The position numbers and the translations under genes are program-made. From NCBI GenBank assembly GCA_000002445.1, contig CP000066.1:448001-512000 (forward strand): DNA of 64,000 bases, read 5' to 3'. Origin of the DNA: Trypanosoma brucei. Taxonomy: Eukaryota. The notes below the pieces were generated by a model that searched no databases, had not been told where the DNA came from, and worked only from the letters and a program-made list of their open reading frames with translations. This document shows, piece after piece, positions 63,958 to 64,000 of the stretch. Within the stretch, counting starts at the first letter, position 1. Each line of letters starts with the position of its first letter.

Positions 63958-64000
63958 GCAGCTAAATGTACTTAATAAAGTTTTTTTTTAATTTTGTAAA

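Noticed and set aside
1-64000. Expectation of a prokaryotic-style novel defence or mobile system (CRISPR, toxin-antitoxin, integrase, IS element)
   Set aside because: The sequence is eukaryotic and kinetoplastid. There are no Shine-Dalgarno-coupled operons, no integrase, transposase or recombinase ORFs, and no direct-repeat/spacer arrays. The only repeats are microsatellites and one coding tandem array.

Overview
This window reads as nuclear DNA of a trypanosomatid, most likely Trypanosoma brucei or a very close relative. The evidence is intron-less ORFs, about 47% GC coding, A/T- and pyrimidine-rich intergenic tracts, abundant (TA)n and (CA)n microsatellites, and a gene complement typical of kinetoplastids. 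All 24 credible protein-coding genes lie on the minus strand. The whole 64 kb is therefore the interior of a single polycistronic transcription unit read right-to-left, with no strand-switch region, no rRNA or tRNA that I can support, no CRISPR array and no prokaryotic-style mobile element. The gene order matches what I remember of a T. brucei chromosome 3 segment (roughly Tb927.3.17xx-19xx). This is recollection, not a database result. The order is KOW protein, CHCH protein, EF-P-like, MAD2, HscB, LRR protein, LSm, PDH-E1beta, a 1.46-kDa-class RD-tailed protein, an RGG protein, RMI1, TECR, a kinase, an ATP-grasp/SET fusion, a CHAP amidase, a GATOR2-like zinc-finger protein, a thioredoxin-like protein, an acidic repeat protein, SLBP, NOT5, PRP17 and a TPM protein. 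The supplied ORF track uses bacterial-style start codons: many ORFs begin at GTG or TTG but are printed as M. I re-set those gene starts to the first in-frame ATG, which I confirmed by reading the sequence. The features I find most interesting are listed in the findings. They include an ATP-grasp+SET fusion, a protein carrying the GATOR2/SEA-type C-terminal zinc finger, a membrane-anchored stand-alone CHAP amidase, a non-RD kinase with an RIIa/DPY-30 docking domain, an acidic protein built on a 132/108-nt tandem array, and a 4.6 kb ORF-free stretch. I found no bacterial-style novel defence or mobile system here; the region is ordinary, syntenic, housekeeping-rich trypanosome chromosome. My hand-counted coordinates may be off by 1-2 nt.
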